Below are positions 18,559 to 26,272 of a DNA stretch of 64,000 bases, piece by piece. The stretch covers positions 19,117-83,116 of IMG/VR virus record IMGVR_UViG_3300024496_000030. The stretch is one strand, 5' to 3'. Both the position numbers and the translations under genes were made by a program. The DNA is from a virus. Position 1 is the stretch's first letter, and the number at the start of each line of letters is the position of its first letter. The notes under the pieces are model-generated. The model was not told where the DNA came from, ran no database searches, and worked only from the letters and a program-made list of their open reading frames with translations.

Positions 18559-18933
18559 ATGAACAAATCTCTACAAGATCTCCACCCGGTTGAGTTCATT
18601 CTTGTTTGCATCCTCTTTGTTGCAGCAACAATCCTCAACCTATGCACACCCTCCAAACCTACCGAAGCGAAACACCTATCGAACGAACCGAAAGGTTCAA
18701 CGAATGGTACGAACGCTACACCGAATACGAAGGTGAGCCGCTCACCATCACGGTCCACCAGGTCTACGAAAACTATGGTGGACCAGAAGAAGGAGGCTGG
18801 ACCTTCCGTTGCGGTTACCCAATCGAAACCGTCTGCATCTTCTCGAAAGCGCAAGCCCTCAGGGTTCTCCACGAACTCCACGAGAAGTACGACACAGAAG
18901 AGTATGACGACGGAACCTACGACATCTGCTTAG
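18559..18933 (+). CDS. membrane protein with S/T-rich tail overlapping the next gene
   Basis: TM segment FILVCILFVAATIL. Confidence 0.4.
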   Translation: MNKSLQDLHPVEFILVCILFVAATILNLCTPSKPTEAKHLSNEPKGSTNGTNATPNTKVSRSPSRSTRSTKTMVDQKKEAGPSVAVTQSKPSASSRKRKPSGFSTNSTRSTTQKSMTTEPTTSA

Positions 18934-18983
18934 CCCAGGGCTACGCTGAGTTCTACCCTACGGTCCGTCCTCACTACGAATGA
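18642..18983 (+). CDS. conserved phage protein (YGGPEEGGW motif)
   Basis: Motif YGGPEEGGW...RPHYE; ATG 18642. Confidence 0.75.
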   Translation: MHTLQTYRSETPIERTERFNEWYERYTEYEGEPLTITVHQVYENYGGPEEGGWTFRCGYPIETVCIFSKAQALRVLHELHEKYDTEEYDDGTYDICLAQGYAEFYPTVRPHYE

Positions 18984-19264
18984 TCTCTTTGCCTGCACCA
19001 ATCATGACGATTCCTGAGAACATCTTCAAGCTTCAGCTTGATTCCATGCCTACAGAGAAAGACGCTGATCCATACGGTGATGTTCTGTTCTTCTCCAAGA
19101 AGAGTGGATGGATCATCACCAAGCTGGAGGATGCACAGGACATGATCGAGGAGTACAACTGTACTCATTGGACATGGACTCCTGAAATCCCGTCAGCTGA
19201 CGACTATGAACTGGATTCCACCAGGACTGAGCAGCTTAGAAATACAGGCTGGTTGAAAGATTAA
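18980..19264 (+). CDS. hypothetical protein
   Basis: PTEKDAD..GDVL..THW pattern. Confidence 0.65.
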   Translation: MISLPAPIMTIPENIFKLQLDSMPTEKDADPYGDVLFFSKKSGWIITKLEDAQDMIEEYNCTHWTWTPEIPSADDYELDSTRTEQLRNTGWLKD

Positions 19265-19335
19265 TAGGATTCTCAATAAACTTCAGTTATCAAGAATCCA
19301 ACTAAACCTACTCACTTCTTGAGTACATATGAACT

Positions 19336-19372
19336 AGCGGGCGTCATGTTTTCTTTCATGGCGTCCGCTTTA
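19336..19372 (+). terminator. hairpin/terminator
   Basis: AGCGGGCGTCATG-loop-CATGGCGTCCGCT then TTA. Confidence 0.55.
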
Positions 19373-19540
19373 TCTTGACGAATTGCATACCAAGTCTGCT
19401 TATCGCTACGGATTGCCGTAGCCTTGACTTTGCTCAGGTAGGTGATCAGTGCGCTTTGCATGACTTCCTCGTGGGATCTGTATCTATTTATACAGTACCA
19501 AGAGGTCCAGGGTATGCATAGTTCACATCGTTACACAATC

Positions 19541-19675
19541 ATGAACGAATCTCCGTACATGGGTTGGGTTGTTCCTTATTCCTGGCAAGAGCCAGAGTAT
19601 GAGGACGATGAACTCGATCAAGTTCCAGAAGATGAAAGTGATTTTGATGACGAAGGGTTATTCACTCTTCGTTAA
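19541..19675 (+). CDS. tiny acidic protein
   Basis: ATG 19541; D/E-rich. Confidence 0.45.
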   Translation: MNESPYMGWVVPYSWQEPEYEDDELDQVPEDESDFDDEGLFTLR

Positions 19676-19710
19676 TCACACCATCTTCATTACCACTCTG
19701 CACACTCAAC

Positions 19711-20007
19711 ATGTCCTACAACATTACCGAGATCAAGGACTTCTATACCTTGATCTACGCCATGGAGAAGCGGGTCAAGCAGCTTCTCATTGACGACAGT
19801 AAGAAGCATCAAATGGATGCAGAACCTTCCTGGTCCATGGAGATCATTGAGGATGAAATCATTCCAGCACTGGAGAAGTTCTTGGAAGTCTGGGATGATG
19901 ATCCAACTCCTCAGTATCTCTACGACAACACAGGTGGTGAGCCTCCAGTGACTGCCAATGAGATGCTCAACGCAGCATGGAAGCAGCACCTGGAGATGCG
20001 CTCCTGA
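19711..20007 (+). CDS. hypothetical protein
   Basis: ORF track; GGEPPVT motif. Confidence 0.7.
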   Translation: MSYNITEIKDFYTLIYAMEKRVKQLLIDDSKKHQMDAEPSWSMEIIEDEIIPALEKFLEVWDDDPTPQYLYDNTGGEPPVTANEMLNAAWKQHLEMRS

Positions 20008-20077
20008 CTACCCTTACAATATCTACATAACACAGGGCATTGGTACATCCTTACTAGTGCCCTTCTCTTTTATTCCC

Positions 20078-20356
20078 ATGAAGACTTTCCTCACTTCTCT
20101 GTTCAGCGCCAGCATCCTCTTACTTGGTTCCTTGCCTGCCCAAGCGCAGTGGGCAATGACTTGCACCAGAGATCCAGGTTCCAGCGTCAACCTACGCAAT
20201 GGCCCAAGTAAGAACAACTATGTCATCGCGTCCATCCCCAACAGTGAGTACATCCGTGCACTCAACTGGGTGTGGGGTAGCGATCAACTCAAATGGTACC
20301 GAGTTGAATACAACGGACTCGTTGGTTGGATGCGTTCAGATTACCTTTGCCGCTAA
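20078..20356 (+). CDS. secreted bacterial SH3 (SH3b) domain protein
   Basis: Signal peptide ending AQA; VNLRNGPS...WYRVEYNGLVGWMRSDYL. Confidence 0.8.
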   Translation: MKTFLTSLFSASILLLGSLPAQAQWAMTCTRDPGSSVNLRNGPSKNNYVIASIPNSEYIRALNWVWGSDQLKWYRVEYNGLVGWMRSDYLCR

Positions 20357-20358
20357 TC

Positions 20359-20757
20359 ATGGTTAAGAAGTTAATCATTGGAGCAGCAGGACTCGGTGCC
20401 TTCATTGTTGCAGCTGCTCTTGTCTCCATCATCTCTTCCATGGTGTCAGCTTTGATACCAGGGCGCAGTCCTGATGCACCTGGCAAGCTTGATCCACCTA
20501 TCGAAGAGAAGAGCAAGCAAGAGTATGCATCAACTCTCAATCCTAAAGAAGAACCTAAGACTGATGAGTCTCCTAATGAGACACCACCATCTGCTCAACC
20601 TCAAGAAGTTTCTCCACCACAAGAAACTGCACCATCACCTGATCCTTTTCTTGTTGCATCGCCTGCCCCACGCAGCAGTGGACCTGGCAACTTTGATGCG
20701 CCGCCTGCTCCTTATGCAGGTGGTGGCATCTACCCAACTGGCCCAGGTAACATGTGA
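20359..20757 (+). CDS. membrane-anchored Pro-rich protein
   Basis: N-terminal TM, P/E-rich tail. Confidence 0.6.
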   Translation: MVKKLIIGAAGLGAFIVAAALVSIISSMVSALIPGRSPDAPGKLDPPIEEKSKQEYASTLNPKEEPKTDESPNETPPSAQPQEVSPPQETAPSPDPFLVASPAPRSSGPGNFDAPPAPYAGGGIYPTGPGNM

Positions 20758-20803
20758 CCTGAGCAGATGATCCCTATGCATCTGTTCCTTTGCTTTGCAC
20801 CCC

Positions 20804-21592
20804 ATGAATAAACAGATGATCTTCCTTGCTCTTGCAGCTGGTTCCATTACAGCCATCACCCAGCACGGTGTGTCGCAAGTGCTCCTTGCTCACCATCAAG
20901 GACAGCACCCGACACCCTATGACCTGATGGCAAATCAGCCCCATCCTCAACCTCTCGAACAGATTGCTCCAGAGGAGGCCAATGCCACAGGGTCACTCCC
21001 CGTTGCGCCTCCTCCTGCCGTCCTTCCTGCTGACGCTGATTCAGGTCCAGGAACCATTGATGAGCCTGGATCAGCTCGTCCACAGATCCGTATAAAACAG
21101 GGTTGGTCTTGGAAGAATCTTCTTCCACAGCCAGCATCTCGTCCATCTGCATCTCTTGTCCTCACCAGGACGAAAGAACAGGTGAAGACTACCAAAGATC
21201 CGATTTGGGAACTGCAACTTGTCGATAGTAAAGGAACAGTTCTCCAAACGTTACCTGCCTTAACAGGTCGCTCCTATCGTCAAACCGTTGATCGCCATGT
21301 CGCTGGTAACAAATCGCCTCTGCCTCGTGGCGTGTACAGCATTGACCGTTACGGCATTGCTCGTGGTCCGTTTAGTGATCCAGAACTCGGTCAAGGTTAC
21401 TGGATTCCCGTCGTCCCCTTGTTTTCCACAGGTCGCAGTGCTCTTGGATTCCATCAAGACCCCAGCTGGGGAAAACTTAACGGTGAATCCGGTACCTCAG
21501 GCTGTATCGGCCTAGAAAACAAGGAGGCAACAGCCACACTCGTTGAATGGATTCGTCACTTCAACGTTACCAAACTGACTGTCAATTCTTGA
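20804..21592 (+). CDS. L,D-transpeptidase (YkuD)-like protein with N-terminal signal
   Basis: LPRGVYSI...LGFH...TSGCIGL His/Cys motif. Confidence 0.7.
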   Translation: MNKQMIFLALAAGSITAITQHGVSQVLLAHHQGQHPTPYDLMANQPHPQPLEQIAPEEANATGSLPVAPPPAVLPADADSGPGTIDEPGSARPQIRIKQGWSWKNLLPQPASRPSASLVLTRTKEQVKTTKDPIWELQLVDSKGTVLQTLPALTGRSYRQTVDRHVAGNKSPLPRGVYSIDRYGIARGPFSDPELGQGYWIPVVPLFSTGRSALGFHQDPSWGKLNGESGTSGCIGLENKEATATLVEWIRHFNVTKLTVNS

Positions 21593-21597
21593 ATGCC

Positions 21598-21741
21598 ATG
21601 AAGACTTCATACATCAAGATTGCTTACCGTAATGAAGGTGAATGGCAAACCACAACCTTCAGGACAGATGATCCTCAGTGGCGTGAAACATTCTTGACTC
21701 TGCGCAACAGCTTTCAATCTGTCCGTATTCTGTACAGCTAA
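21598..21741 (+). CDS. hypothetical protein
   Basis: ATG 21598 in track ORF. Confidence 0.5.
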   Translation: MKTSYIKIAYRNEGEWQTTTFRTDDPQWRETFLTLRNSFQSVRILYS

Positions 21742-21749
21742 CCATCGCC

Positions 21750-22100
21750 ATGGGTAAGAAGAAAGACAAGAAGAAGCAAGAGAAGGAACAGCTTCCTGTT
21801 TCTAATCATGCTCTCAAAATTAAATACATCCTGGATCATTTCAACTTTGCCAAAGTTCAAGAGGCAATGGTTGCATTGAACTGGGTATGGCAACACATGG
21901 ATGATCCAGATGATCAAACCATGCGCGTTCCTACCATTGAACGCATGAAACAAACTGCTGCACATCTCCTTTACAGCGCAGCTACTAGCAAGGAACGTTA
22001 CTTTGCAACGGGTGGATTCCATGCTCAGCGTTATGAGTATGGCGATCTCTCCTTGCAATTTGTAGTAGCTGAGTACGATACATGTGATGACACCATGTAA
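21750..22100 (+). CDS. conserved phage protein (FNFAKV..M..LNWVW / ATGGF type)
   Basis: Recognised pattern. Confidence 0.75.
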   Translation: MGKKKDKKKQEKEQLPVSNHALKIKYILDHFNFAKVQEAMVALNWVWQHMDDPDDQTMRVPTIERMKQTAAHLLYSAATSKERYFATGGFHAQRYEYGDLSLQFVVAEYDTCDDTM

Positions 22101-22102
22101 TC

Positions 22103-22444
22103 ATGCAAAACTATCCTCGTTTTTTTCTGCATCGAAACTCCGACAAAACACGCATTGCTAAAGCCATGAACAACATTGAATGGGAATCCAACGACAGCAC
22201 CAAGGATCTCAGCAAGACTGATGCTCCTACCATGCGTCAACTAGCTGGGATGCAGCTCGTCGCCAGGATGAAAGAAGCTGCAGACAAAGTTGGTGCTGGC
22301 TTTGTTGGTGGCTTCATTGATGAGAATGGCAACCGCTTCATGATGTCCAACATGGGCGAAGGCCACATGAAAGAACATCAAATCATGGAGCAACTAGAAC
22401 AATACAAACGTGAAGTAGAAGGAGATGCTACAGACTGGAAGTAG
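22103..22444 (+). CDS. hypothetical protein
   Basis: ORF track. Confidence 0.65.
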   Translation: MQNYPRFFLHRNSDKTRIAKAMNNIEWESNDSTKDLSKTDAPTMRQLAGMQLVARMKEAADKVGAGFVGGFIDENGNRFMMSNMGEGHMKEHQIMEQLEQYKREVEGDATDWK

Positions 22445-22462
22445 CTCTCAGTTACATCCTCC

Positions 22463-22786
22463 ATGTACAACATCTGGAATGCAGCAGCCTATGAAATAAC
22501 AAACATCCTCATTGATTACAACAGAAAACTAGAACTCAACCCATGGATCAAAGCAATCCGTCTCCACTGCTTCCCAGATTGGGTAGCATGGAAGACCGAA
22601 CGCACCATGGGTCGAGTCGATCAACAAATTGAGCAGCTCCAGAAGGAGATGCAAATTGAACACGATAAGAAATATGTCACACCCATCATCAGGGAGCATC
22701 AACCTGATGAGTCCAAGACGCAGCAGCTTCTAGGTGGTACTCTGCAGATCACAGCTCCCTGGTACAAACCAGAGGAGAAAAACTAA
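22463..22786 (+). CDS. hypothetical protein
   Basis: ORF track. Confidence 0.65.
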   Translation: MYNIWNAAAYEITNILIDYNRKLELNPWIKAIRLHCFPDWVAWKTERTMGRVDQQIEQLQKEMQIEHDKKYVTPIIREHQPDESKTQQLLGGTLQITAPWYKPEEKN

Positions 22787-22832
22787 TTGCGTGTACACTG
22801 CATTGAACCTGCATACAATTTACGTTAGAACC

Positions 22833-23087
22833 ATGAAGATGCGCCAGTCCCCAGCTGATCAGAAGCAAGAACAATTCATCGAAGTACTTCGTAATGTCCA
22901 TGCCACACTTACGAACCTCCTTGAGGATCCTCTCTTTATTGATAGTATTCATGGTGAACAGGAAATGGGTCTCGACCTTTCTCTTGAACTCATTGACAAC
23001 ATCATTGCTCGGATCGACCCCAAGGACCACAGCGCTCAGGCCGAACTGATGGATCGCCTTGAACTCACCGCTGTTGATGCTGATTGA
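22833..23087 (+). CDS. hypothetical protein
   Basis: ATG 22833 in track ORF. Confidence 0.6.
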   Translation: MKMRQSPADQKQEQFIEVLRNVHATLTNLLEDPLFIDSIHGEQEMGLDLSLELIDNIIARIDPKDHSAQAELMDRLELTAVDAD

Positions 23088-23214
23088 GTCTCATCAGACT
23101 TATTACACTGTCCAACAAGAGCCGTCTGCTTCTAGCTAGTGCTTCTAAGCTATTCATGCCGTGGTCCTCCCTGTCATGGGTGTTGGATCACGGCTTCTTT
23201 TTGCACACCATCCA

Positions 23215-23607
23215 ATGTTCTCACCCTCAGAATACTTAACAAACCTTAGGCAGATCAGTCTCCTCAATGGACTGGTCACGCCAGTAGGTCAACTCCCTTC
23301 CATTCCTCCCATCCCAAAGATGGAATCAGCTACAGCAGGAATCCCTGTTGTAGCAACTGTTCCAGCAGCGCCAGAATGTAATGACATCATCAATGCTGTT
23401 GCATCCTCTCCTCTTGCAATCAATCTGGCAGCACTGTTTGCAGCTGGATTGATTCTTACCATTCTTATCAAGAAGTACGGACCATCCATCCTTGCCTGGT
23501 TCCGTGACAAGATGCAGCGCTTCCTTGCTTCTATCCGTAGCAAGATCAGTAAGCGACGTAGCAATCTGCTACAACCTTCTGTCTGCACTGTCGTGGTGAT
23601 GGGCTGA
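23215..23607 (+). CDS. membrane protein
   Basis: TM LAALFAAGLILTILI, basic tail; ATG 23215. Confidence 0.6.
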   Translation: MFSPSEYLTNLRQISLLNGLVTPVGQLPSIPPIPKMESATAGIPVVATVPAAPECNDIINAVASSPLAINLAALFAAGLILTILIKKYGPSILAWFRDKMQRFLASIRSKISKRRSNLLQPSVCTVVVMG

Positions 23608-23873
23608 TGTACCGCACAAAAGCACATCACTTTTACAAAGGAAACCAGAAGTTCCTCAGGACTAAACAGTTCTGGACTGTCTGGCGCAAGGTCAGGATGG
23701 TCATTGGCATCATCTATGACAGTTGCTCCGTCATTTTGGTACTCATGAGTCTCGACCGTGTGTACAAATTCAAGAGCTGGAGGGTTGTTAAACCCTGGCA
23801 GATCGCTACTTTGGTCGAGCGTTTACCCAAGCTGTTCCGTACCCTTAGACACCACTTCACCTATGGGATCTAA
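23607..23873 (+). CDS. basic hypothetical protein
   Basis: ORF track; TGATG coupling. Confidence 0.5.
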   Translation: MYRTKAHHFYKGNQKFLRTKQFWTVWRKVRMVIGIIYDSCSVILVLMSLDRVYKFKSWRVVKPWQIATLVERLPKLFRTLRHHFTYGI

Positions 23874-24058
23874 CCGCTTCCAGGGTTCATAAACTGATAG
23901 GAAAAACTTAAGGTTACCTACAGCTTTTCTTATCGTTCCATTGCTACGCTGGTTTGCCTACAAACCCTGTCGTAGCAATGGATTTCAGTCTTACAAGACA
24001 CTGCACTTGGATAGGTTTGTGCCCTTCATAATTAATTACCGGATGGAAAATATTTACC

Positions 24059-24226
24059 ATGGAATCCAATATGTCGCCAGCAGGAAAACTTGCCTGGGCA
24101 ATCCTTGCTCAACGTCCTGACGGCAAGAGTGAAGTCATCAAGATCACCAATCACGAAGAAGCCGATCAAGCTGTCAAAGAGAATCCCACTCTTTGGTACA
24201 AGAGCGGCCCATTCATGCTAGTTTGA
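24059..24226 (+). CDS. small hypothetical protein (55 aa)
   Basis: My translation MESNMSPAGKLAWAILAQRPDGK...; below the track cutoff. Confidence 0.5.
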   Translation: MESNMSPAGKLAWAILAQRPDGKSEVIKITNHEEADQAVKENPTLWYKSGPFMLV

Positions 24227-24281
24227 ATCCACTCCAGGACACATCCTCGTCACTGTGTCCTGGGGAATCCCCTTCATTCCA

Positions 24282-24491
24282 ATGAAACTTCCTGTGACTG
24301 CTTACATCGTCATGCTTCATCATGCTGATGTAGGTACATTTGCTCCAGCTTTCCCCAATCTTGACGACGCTATTGAGTTCTCCAATGCAATGCGCTTGGT
24401 CAACGATCAACTTGCTGTAGCTGAACCGGTGCCTTTGGTCTCCACGATGGCTCCAGGAGGAAGCAAAGTTTTAGATTGGGTCGAGCATTGA
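24282..24491 (+). CDS. hypothetical protein
   Basis: ATG 24282 in track ORF. Confidence 0.55.
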   Translation: MKLPVTAYIVMLHHADVGTFAPAFPNLDDAIEFSNAMRLVNDQLAVAEPVPLVSTMAPGGSKVLDWVEH

Positions 24492-24553
24492 TTCAACCTA
24501 ATTAAATACATAAGAATCTGTGTTATCTTGTATCGAGGTAACACAGATTTTTT

Positions 24554-24802
24554 ATGGCCGTCGTTCTATCAGTTAGTATCCCCGATGAGATGCACGCCAG
24601 GTGGAAATCATCTGGATTTGATATTAGCCCCAGTGCGATTTTCCAAAATGCTTTGGAGTCACAGCTCACTGAAACCAATCAACATCTCACCTACTGGAGC
24701 AATCGTGCCTTGTCTGCAGAAAAGAAACTAAAGACCATCGAGAAGTTACTGTCTGCTAGTGAGAAGGAGATTAAAAAATTCCTTTACTTTGAAGACATGT
24801 GA
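24554..24802 (+). CDS. ribbon-helix-helix (CcdA-like) DNA-binding protein
   Basis: LSVSIPDEMHARWK...ISPSAIFQNALE RHH pattern. Confidence 0.6.
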   Translation: MAVVLSVSIPDEMHARWKSSGFDISPSAIFQNALESQLTETNQHLTYWSNRALSAEKKLKTIEKLLSASEKEIKKFLYFEDM

Positions 24803-24867
24803 TCTTCCTAACAATTGATTGGTAACCTGTTCGGTAGACTACAATTAACAAATGCATCTGCATTTCT

Positions 24868-25050
24868 ATGCCTGACAGAGGTTACCTTTTCTTAAGCGAC
24901 GATCAGCGACTTGATGTTGCAAGCTTGCTAACAACGCTTAAAGGTCTCGGTATTGTCCGAGATGAAACAGATTTTCAAAGGTTTGTCACTGGTTGTTTCT
25001 TCCGTGGTCTTTATGATTACAAAAGAGATCTAACTCGCAGCGACTGCTGA
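24868..25050 (+). CDS. hypothetical protein
   Basis: ORF track. Confidence 0.5.
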   Translation: MPDRGYLFLSDDQRLDVASLLTTLKGLGIVRDETDFQRFVTGCFFRGLYDYKRDLTRSDC

Positions 25051-25278
25051 ACAACTAACCAAGAGAATCATTAAGACAATATAAATAATACGATAAACAA
25101 TTGAATCCATTTGATCAAGCTACCAGTACTGCTGCGTAGCTTCATTTTATTTTGCAAATAAATTTAGAAAAGCTTCTCTTGGAGAACGGCCCACCGCCAC
25201 GTAAGAATATTAGATATATACAAAGTAATAACTATACCAATAACACCTAACTAAATACATATGTACCATCCCATAGAT

Positions 25279-25356
25279 AAAAAAATGGACCGGGCACCAC
25301 CCCAGTCCAGAATCTGCTTTGCACACACAGCCTTCAGGATTCCTTTCTGAAGCTGC
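25279..25356 (-). ncRNA. candidate trans-acting small RNA (~78 nt): hairpin, seed, terminator
   Basis: GCAGCUUCAG-loop-CUGAAGGCUGU, unpaired GUGUGCAAAGCAGAUUC, UGGACUGGG-GUGGUG-CCCGGUCCA-U7; promoter TTGCGC-18-TAGACT upstream. Confidence 0.72.
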
Positions 25357-25357
25357 G

Positions 25358-25392
25358 TTGTCAGTCTAGTCAAGTCCCGCTAGTATGCGCAA
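25358..25392. promoter_or_regulatory. overlapping divergent sigma70-type promoters
   Basis: Plus: TTGTCA(25358-63)-17nt-TAGTAT(25381-86); minus: TTGCGC(25392-87)-18nt-TAGACT(25368-63). Confidence 0.6.
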
Positions 25393-25424
25393 GCAAACGG
25401 CGCAACCTCATTTGCACACCCACC

Positions 25425-25850
25425 ATGTCTCCATTTAATTTCCAGCCTGTTCAACTGCTTGAACTCTCCGACGCTGACACTCCGAGCATTGATGTGCAGG
25501 ATGGACAGCTGATCCTCACCGCTCAACGTGGTGAAGAGAAGATCCGAATCACTGCTCCTCTGCGTCAGGTTCTTCCCCAGGTGGCAGCAACAACTGTCAA
25601 GGGTCCGTCTCGATTGAAAGGGCTTCACCTACCTGGTGGCGATAAGCGTGTTGGTGAGCTGAACGGCATGGCCAAGCTCAACGAACAAGCAGTTCGTGAA
25701 ATCCGTCTCATGATCAGCGATCCGAAGTTTATCAAGAGCTTCCGCACACGCCACGCTCTCTGCTTAGAAATTGCTAAGGCTTATAACGTTCATCCCGCTA
25801 CGGTGAAGAACGTTATTGATAACGTCAGCTGGAAGCACGTCAAGATCTAA
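25425..25850 (+). CDS. DNA-binding protein with C-terminal HTH
   Basis: GELNGMAKLNEQAVREIR...IAKAYNVHPATVKNVI..SWKHV. Confidence 0.75.
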   Translation: MSPFNFQPVQLLELSDADTPSIDVQDGQLILTAQRGEEKIRITAPLRQVLPQVAATTVKGPSRLKGLHLPGGDKRVGELNGMAKLNEQAVREIRLMISDPKFIKSFRTRHALCLEIAKAYNVHPATVKNVIDNVSWKHVKI

Positions 25851-26242
25851 TGGAAAAGACTTACAGCATCTTGATCCAATTTGGTGATGGAAAGCCTGTA
25901 GCTTCTAAGATCAAAGCAAAGGATGGAGTCGATGCTCAGGACAAAGCATTACGCTTAAACCCTGGTGCACGCTCCATCCGCATCACCGGTGTCTTAGAAG
26001 TCCACCTTCCAAAGCTAAAGCCTCTTCCTAAACCAAAACCAAAGGCTGCTGTTCATCCACTCTTTACAGATGTTGATGATGCAGTGGTTACGGATTACGT
26101 TAGGAACACTTCTCCTGATGTGCGGTTACAGATTTGTCACCAGCTGCGGAAGGAAGGCCTGACCTATAAGGCCATCGCTAAACAATTGGATATGGGTGAG
26201 ACAACAGTTCGCACCTGGATCAAAAACACACTGCCCTCCTAG
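25850..26242 (+). CDS. HTH DNA-binding protein
   Basis: LRKEGLTYKAIAKQLDMGETTVRTWI. Confidence 0.75.
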   Translation: MEKTYSILIQFGDGKPVASKIKAKDGVDAQDKALRLNPGARSIRITGVLEVHLPKLKPLPKPKPKAAVHPLFTDVDDAVVTDYVRNTSPDVRLQICHQLRKEGLTYKAIAKQLDMGETTVRTWIKNTLPS

Positions 26243-26254
26243 TGAGGGCTTTTT
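26233..26254 (+). terminator. intrinsic terminator-like hairpin
   Basis: GCCCTC-CTAGT-GAGGGC-TTTTT. Confidence 0.55.
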
Positions 26255-26272
26255 CTTTGCACATTTCACACC

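Noticed and set aside
20561-20590. CTGATGA-GTCTC-loop-GAGAC, hammerhead-like
   Set aside because: Followed by ACCA rather than GAAA; inside a CDS
22704-22725. CTGATGA-GTC-CAA-GAC, hammerhead-like
   Set aside because: No GAAA core or stems I/III; coding
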